NCBI GenBank assembly: GCA_048939995.1
Contig: JBHLOY010000003.1
Span: 128,001-192,000 of the forward strand
Length of the DNA stretch: 64,000 nt
Direction of reading: 5' to 3'
Source: Promethearchaeota archaeon
GTDB lineage: Archaea; Asgardarchaeota; Lokiarchaeia; Sigyniarchaeales; SOKP01
Shown: positions 58,791 through 64,000 of the stretch, piece after piece
How positions within the stretch are numbered: the stretch's first letter is position 1
Layout: every line of letters begins with the position of its first letter
The notes under the pieces: model-generated
The model's database searches: none
Seen by the model: the letters and a program-made list of their open reading frames with translations, nothing else
What the model was told of the DNA's origin: nothing
Program-made: the position numbers and the translations under genes

Positions 58791-58814
58791 ATTTTTTTAT
58801 TTTTTTATTTTTTA
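58791..58814 (+). terminator. Possible U-rich archaeal terminator
   Basis: T-runs (attttttat ttttttattt tttat) just downstream of the SDR stop, between convergent genes. Confidence 0.35.
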
Positions 58815-58823
58815 TAGAGGAGC

Positions 58824-59108
58824 TTATTCTATGTTTTCAACAATATCTTTAAAAACTTCATGAATAAATAAAATAATCTTATCGAAGTCTGAATCTGATA
58901 AGGTGCTGTCATTACTTTTCAAGAGATTTAAGAGATATTCAAGTTTTTTCAAACCCTCTTGAAGACTATTCTTCTCATCATCAATTTTGTAGTTCTTAAT
59001 TCGTTTTTTTATGAAAATAATTTCACATAGAAGGATATTTACTAATTTCTCTCTTCGCAACTGATTACTAAAAAAATCATTATATTTCCATTTAGTCTCA
59101 TTACTCAT
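58824..59108 (-). CDS. Hypothetical small helical protein
   Basis: 94-aa ORF with ATG, preceded by a GGAG SD-like motif. Confidence 0.55.
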   Translation of the reverse strand: MSNETKWKYNDFFSNQLRREKLVNILLCEIIFIKKRIKNYKIDDEKNSLQEGLKKLEYLLNLLKSNDSTLSDSDFDKIILFIHEVFKDIVENIE

Positions 59109-59221
59109 TCTAAATCAACTCCTTACTATTCAAAATTAAAGGAAATATAAATCTCTTAAAGAGTCCAATTTTTAATTTAAAGGAATTTTATAACTTAATG
59201 AAATTCTTCATTTCAGGGGAT

Positions 59222-60376
59222 TTATGGAAATCCTAATGATAAATAAGTGGGAATAAAAATAAATTTCTCTGGCTTTGAAAGTTTCAAATTATCTTTCAAT
59301 TTCAATATCATAAGGCTCAAATCCTGAAATTTGAAGAAATTATACTCTTTCAAGGCGTCATTTAATATTATATTATCATGATTGACGTTAATCAGTAATA
59401 ATCCAACTGATCTATAGCTTGCAGCCTTCAAAATTTTATCGATTAGATACTTATAGGCAAATGAAAGTTCTTTCTTATTGTTAAGTTTGGAGGTATCTAA
59501 AAAAAGTTCATGTATAATTCCAATTCGTAGCTTTAATCCATATTTAAAATGATAGGTATTGAGATGAGTTAAAATTGTTCCACCCAAAATATCATTCTCT
59601 TTTTTAATCAAAATGTATGTTGGTCTATGCCTTTTAGACGGAACTCTAATTCTTGCCCAAATGGGGTATCCTTTTCTATGAATTGGATAGCCTGTATAAT
59701 AAGATTTTAAGATTTTATCGCTATATTTTATGTATTTAAAATGTTGCCTATTATATTCAATTTTATAGCTAAATCCTTTACTATAGGAACTTAATCTCAT
59801 AAAAATTTTCTTGATCAAACGAGGTAGATATGAAAATAACACCAAAGCGGGTAATACTAAAATAACTAACGGTAAATCTCTCACTAATCGATAAAAGTTC
59901 GGAAAAGTAATGTATCCATAGGATCTATCAAAATCTTGATACCCAAGTTTAGAATACAATCTATTTCTTGGAAAACCGTTAAAAGCCGTAATTAATAGCG
60001 ATATATCACATCCTTTCCGCTGCATATATTCTATTGACCTCTGCATTAGCTTTTTAGATATACCTTGTCTTATGTAGTCTGGATGGCACGAAACATCATT
60101 GATATTACCATTTAAATAAGTAACATTGTTCAAGTTTATCTTTTCTATTGGATTTACGCAAACCATTCCAATAAGCTTATGATTGTCAATATCTTCAGCG
60201 ATTTGGATCATTTCAGGTTCAAAATCAGGTGATTGAATATATCTCCATTCCCAGTTTTTCTTTGTTCTGATAAAACTAAATCCATTCATTTGAAAAGCTC
60301 GATTAAATAAATCTGCAAGTTGTTCCTCATCTCCTTGTTGATAATTGCGATAAATAATACTAACCATAGATTCCAC
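59222..60376 (-). CDS. GNAT family acetyltransferase (tandem/Eis-like)
   Basis: DVSCHPDYIRQGISKKL motif A; LY.KLG. Confidence 0.8.
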   Translation of the reverse strand: MESMVSIIYRNYQQGDEEQLADLFNRAFQMNGFSFIRTKKNWEWRYIQSPDFEPEMIQIAEDIDNHKLIGMVCVNPIEKINLNNVTYLNGNINDVSCHPDYIRQGISKKLMQRSIEYMQRKGCDISLLITAFNGFPRNRLYSKLGYQDFDRSYGYITFPNFYRLVRDLPLVILVLPALVLFSYLPRLIKKIFMRLSSYSKGFSYKIEYNRQHFKYIKYSDKILKSYYTGYPIHRKGYPIWARIRVPSKRHRPTYILIKKENDILGGTILTHLNTYHFKYGLKLRIGIIHELFLDTSKLNNKKELSFAYKYLIDKILKAASYRSVGLLLINVNHDNIILNDALKEYNFFKFQDLSLMILKLKDNLKLSKPEKFIFIPTYLSLGFP

Positions 60377-60508
60377 AGTTTTATTTTTCTTTTTAAGAAA
60401 AAAATTGATTACTTAAATATTTTTAAATCTTAGATATCTATTATATGATCATAAGATTATTTATAAAAAATTAAGTGAATAATTGAAAAAGTGGAAGAGA
60501 TGAGATGA

Positions 60509-60862
60509 ATGAGTGATAGAATTGGAGAAATCCTTGAAAGTTTAAAGTCAATCAAAGGTGTTCATGGAGCTGCCCTTATTGAAAAATTTGGGTTGATAAA
60601 AGGTAGTGCATTGCCAGGATGGGTGGATCCAGAAGCTGTAGCTGCTATGGTCACCCTTATTCTAAAAGCATCTCAAAGAGCTACAAAAGAATTAGAGCAA
60701 GGTCAGTTTTTTAATGCTATTATAGAAAGTGAAAAAGGAAGGATTCTTTTTTCTGAAGTTGGTGGCAATATATTGTGTATAATTACAACTGTAGAAGCCC
60801 AATTGGGGATAATAAATTTAAAATTAAGTGCTGCAGTGGAAACCCTTAAGAATTTACTTTAG
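60509..60862 (+). CDS. Roadblock/LC7 (MglB-like) domain protein
   Basis: L..IKGV.GAALI...GL, AAM and IESEKG.I motifs; 117 aa. Confidence 0.88.
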   Translation: MSDRIGEILESLKSIKGVHGAALIEKFGLIKGSALPGWVDPEAVAAMVTLILKASQRATKELEQGQFFNAIIESEKGRILFSEVGGNILCIITTVEAQLGIINLKLSAAVETLKNLL

Positions 60863-60892
60863 ATTATTATTATTTCTCTTTTTTTGAGAAAA

Positions 60893-62344
60893 TTATAATA
60901 AACTTTTTAATATTTTTCTCGTGATTTTTGGATCTGCTTGACCTTTTGTTTTACCCATCACTCTACCTACTAATGCTTCAAATGCTTTCTCATTTTTTTT
61001 TAAGTCTTGCACGATATTTGGGTTTTCTTTAATCACTTCACTACAATATTTCTTTAATATTGTTTCATCAGAAATACGTTTCTTACCTCTATCTTCTATG
61101 AGATTTGAAATAGTCTCTCCCATCATCATGTCAGATATAAGAGTTTTTGCAATCTTAGATGTTATATTTCCTTTTTTAATATTAAGAATTAAATCGACAA
61201 TGTGGTGTGGTTTTAATTGAGTATCGTTTATCCTTAAGTTACTTTCATTCAACCAACCAACAATATTATTCATTAGCCAATTGCAATATACTTTAAATTC
61301 ATCAGGACCGAATGTAGGATCTGAATTAACTCCGTTTTCATAAAAATCGGCAATATCCTTATCAAGAATAAGATTTTCAGCATCAAATTCAGATAACATA
61401 TATTGCCTTTGGAAACGAAAAATTCTATCATATGGCATTTCTGGCATCCTCTCTCTCACTAAATTGATATATTCTTTATCCATTACTATTGGTACTAAAT
61501 CCTGTTCTGGAAAATATCTATAATCTTTTTCAAACTCTTTTGTCCTTAATCCAATGGTGACTCTTCCATCCCAATGCCTTGTTTCTTGAAGAATCTCTTT
61601 TCCTTTTTTCAATTCATTCTTTTGACGCATTATTTCATAAAGTAAAGCGCTTTCGACTTCTTTAAAACTAGAAATATTTTTTACCTCTGCTCTTGAGTGC
61701 CCTTTAATCGAAATATTTGCATCTACTCTTAAAGATCCTTCCAGATTCAAATCGGAGATTCCTGTATATTGTACAATCAATTTAAGTTGATTTAAGAATT
61801 CTCTTGCTTCTGCTGGTGAATTTAATACTGGTTCAGTCACAATTTCTATTAAAGCAATTCCGGAGCGATTATAATCAACTAAAGTATAAGGGGACGTTCT
61901 TATCGATCCTTTGTGAACTAACCTTGCGGGGTCTTCTTCCAAATGAATTCTATTTAGTAGAATTTCCTTTTTTTCCGAATTTATTTTAATCATTACCATT
62001 CCTCCATTTGCAAAAGCTTTCCCTCCTGCTTTATTATATTGAGAGACTTGAAAGCCTTTGGGGAGATCTGGATAAAAATAATTTTTACGAAAGAAGTACA
62101 TAAACTCATTAATTTGGCAGTTTAAAGCTAATGCAAGTTTGGTTGCATATTCTATTGCTCTTTCATTCAACACTGGTAATGAACCAGGTAATCCGAGACA
62201 AATTGGGCATAAGTGGGTATTTGGCTCAGCATTTCGATAGTCACTATCACAGCTACAGAAGAGTTTCGTTTTTAAATTAGTTAATTGAATGTGAACTTCT
62301 AATCCAATTACAATTTCTGAATACCCACTGTTCATTTTCAACAA
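60893..62344 (-). CDS. gatB: Asp/Glu-tRNA amidotransferase subunit B
   Basis: IGLEVH.QL, CLGLPGSLP, RKNYFYPD, HLEED, DYNRSG and YRYFPE.D motifs. Confidence 0.96.
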   Translation of the reverse strand: MLKMNSGYSEIVIGLEVHIQLTNLKTKLFCSCDSDYRNAEPNTHLCPICLGLPGSLPVLNERAIEYATKLALALNCQINEFMYFFRKNYFYPDLPKGFQVSQYNKAGGKAFANGGMVMIKINSEKKEILLNRIHLEEDPARLVHKGSIRTSPYTLVDYNRSGIALIEIVTEPVLNSPAEAREFLNQLKLIVQYTGISDLNLEGSLRVDANISIKGHSRAEVKNISSFKEVESALLYEIMRQKNELKKGKEILQETRHWDGRVTIGLRTKEFEKDYRYFPEQDLVPIVMDKEYINLVRERMPEMPYDRIFRFQRQYMLSEFDAENLILDKDIADFYENGVNSDPTFGPDEFKVYCNWLMNNIVGWLNESNLRINDTQLKPHHIVDLILNIKKGNITSKIAKTLISDMMMGETISNLIEDRGKKRISDETILKKYCSEVIKENPNIVQDLKKNEKAFEALVGRVMGKTKGQADPKITRKILKSLL

Positions 62345-62348
62345 ACCT

Positions 62349-63818
62349 CTATTTTAACGGAGGAAATTTCCTAAAAATATTTAGTTCCTGCTCCAATTGA
62401 TATCCAATATTAAGGATTCCTTTTTCATCAAAATAATTTCCAATTATTTGAAAACCAATAGGTAATCCGAGATTATCAAAACCGCATGGGATCGAAAGAG
62501 CTGGTAAACCTGCTAGATTGACGGGGCATGTTAAAATATCTGTGGTATACATCTGAATTGGATCGTTTATTAATTCCCCGATCTTAAAAGCAGTACGTGG
62601 CATTGTTGGACATACGATTGCATCGCATTTTTTGAAAGCTTCTTGGAAATCTCTTTTAATTAAAGATCTAACCTTAAGAGCTTTAATGTAATATTGATCG
62701 TAATATCCCGCTGATAAGGCATAAGTACCTAAAAAAATCCTCCTTCGAACTTCACTACCAAAATTCTGTCCTCTTGTTTTATTATAAACATCAAATACAT
62801 CACCACTTAAGTCTGAACTCATTTTTCCATATCTTAGTCCATCGTATCTAGCTAAATTTGAACTCGCTTCACTCATGCAGAGTAAATAATAAGTTGCAAC
62901 AGTATATTCGAGATGTGGTATTGTTATTTCATAAGTAGTGACTCCTAGATTTTCAAGTTTCTCAATGGATTGATATACGGATTTTTTAACTTGAGAATTA
63001 ATTCCTTCATCAAAAAATTCTTTAGGGATTCCAATTTGCTTTTTATCTAATGATTTTTTAATTTCCTCTGTATATTTATCTGCTTTTATATCTACCGAAG
63101 TTGAATCGAGGGGATCTTTACCAGAGATGATTTCAAGCAATAAAGCTGAATCATAGACACATTTCGTTAGGGGACCAATCTGATCTAATGAATTTGCAAA
63201 TGCAATCAATCCATAACGTGAAACTCTACCATATGTAGGTTTTAGTCCGACTATTCCACAGAAAGAAGCCGGACACCTAATACTTCCTCCTGTATCACTC
63301 CCTAAAGCTATGATGGATAATCCTGTTGCTATAGCTGCAGCTCCTCCTCCACTTGAACCTCCTGGAACTCTTTCCAAATCCCAAGGATTATAACTTGCAC
63401 CATAGCAACTTGCCTCTGTTGAACTACCGAATGCAAATTCATCCATATTTGTGTTACCTATATGAATTGCTCCTTCTTGCTGTACTAGACGTTCTATAAC
63501 ATATGCATTATAGGGAGGACGATAACCTTGTAATATTTTTGAACAACAAGTTGTAGGAAAATCTTTAATACATATTAAATCTTTATTTGCGAAAGGTAAT
63601 CCGTATAGACTTCCAAGCTTTTTCCCCCTCTGGATTTTTGCATCATATTCTTTTGCTTTCTCAAAAGCTTTTTCTTTTGATAGGTTGACAAATGAATGAA
63701 GGAGACCATCAAATTTTTCGATTCTTGCAAACGTTTCACTAATTACATCTCCAACGGTAATTTCTCTGTTTTTTATTTTTTTGATTATTTCATAACCCAT
63801 GAGATTAGTGAGTTCCAT
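62349..63818 (-). CDS. gatA: Asp/Glu-tRNA amidotransferase subunit A
   Basis: Amidase signature GGSSGG, GSDTGGSIR.PA, SNLARYDG and EVRRRI..GTYALS motifs. Confidence 0.96.
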   Translation of the reverse strand: MELTNLMGYEIIKKIKNREITVGDVISETFARIEKFDGLLHSFVNLSKEKAFEKAKEYDAKIQRGKKLGSLYGLPFANKDLICIKDFPTTCCSKILQGYRPPYNAYVIERLVQQEGAIHIGNTNMDEFAFGSSTEASCYGASYNPWDLERVPGGSSGGGAAAIATGLSIIALGSDTGGSIRCPASFCGIVGLKPTYGRVSRYGLIAFANSLDQIGPLTKCVYDSALLLEIISGKDPLDSTSVDIKADKYTEEIKKSLDKKQIGIPKEFFDEGINSQVKKSVYQSIEKLENLGVTTYEITIPHLEYTVATYYLLCMSEASSNLARYDGLRYGKMSSDLSGDVFDVYNKTRGQNFGSEVRRRIFLGTYALSAGYYDQYYIKALKVRSLIKRDFQEAFKKCDAIVCPTMPRTAFKIGELINDPIQMYTTDILTCPVNLAGLPALSIPCGFDNLGLPIGFQIIGNYFDEKGILNIGYQLEQELNIFRKFPPLK

Positions 63819-63957
63819 CTACAAGACACCTTTAGTTAATAACCTAAAAAATTTAGGCTACTTTTCAGTAATTCATCGATAATAATTCTGGATGTCTAAA
63901 AAATTTGATTAAAAGTGGAAGGGAATAAGATTGGATTATGATTAAATATACTTATTA

Positions 63958-64000
63958 TTAAGGTGTCTTTCTTAACATTGTTCTAGGAAATGGAATGGCA
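63958..64000 (-). CDS. C-terminal end of a class IIb aminoacyl-tRNA synthetase, probably AsnRS (partial)
   Basis: Minus strand reads ...AIPFPRTMLRKTP*, matching the IPFPR...P end of AsnRS/AspRS. Only 13 codons are visible. Confidence 0.55.
   Translation of the reverse strand, partial: AIPFPRTMLRKTP

Noticed and set aside
640-61989. Many short ORF-track entries antisense to or nested in longer genes (e.g. 640..945, 3507..3827, 19935..20267, 26610..27056, 27771..28199, 46024..46527, 53404..53739)
   Set aside because: Shadow ORFs overlapping well-supported genes, with no recognisable motifs.

Overview
AT-rich, gene-dense archaeal chromosome segment. It is most consistent with an Asgard archaeon (Lokiarchaeia-like), based on proteasome beta subunit, aCPSF1/FttA, geranylgeranyl reductase, GatAB, a Roadblock/LC7 protein, an EF-2 paralog lacking the diphthamide motif, and several eukaryote-like proteins. 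No CRISPR array, rRNA, transposase or integrase was seen. The standout locus is 12.6-22.2 kb, a candidate lipid-independent inositol-polyphosphate synthesis, turnover and salvage system. It has four ATP-grasp proteins with ITPK1-like (inositol trisphosphate 5/6-kinase) motifs around myo-inositol-1-phosphate synthase, a HAD phosphatase with a long poly-lysine tail, a membrane-anchored GH-D/raffinose-synthase-like enzyme and a glycoside MFS transporter. Other highlights: (i) an unannotated ~103-nt box C/D-like RNA upstream of the EF-2 paralog, whose D guide fits C34 of tRNA-Leu(CAA); (ii) a tRNA-Gln(CUG) with a 31-nt intron in the variable loop that is complementary to its own anticodon arm; (iii) a 155-nt nested inverted-repeat element; (iv) an IFT52-like GIFT protein; (v) a Zn-finger/UFL1-DDRGK-like winged-helix/adaptin-appendage fusion; (vi) a tandem pair of head-rod-tail coiled-coil paralogs. 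All protein assignments come from motif recognition by eye; no database searches were run.
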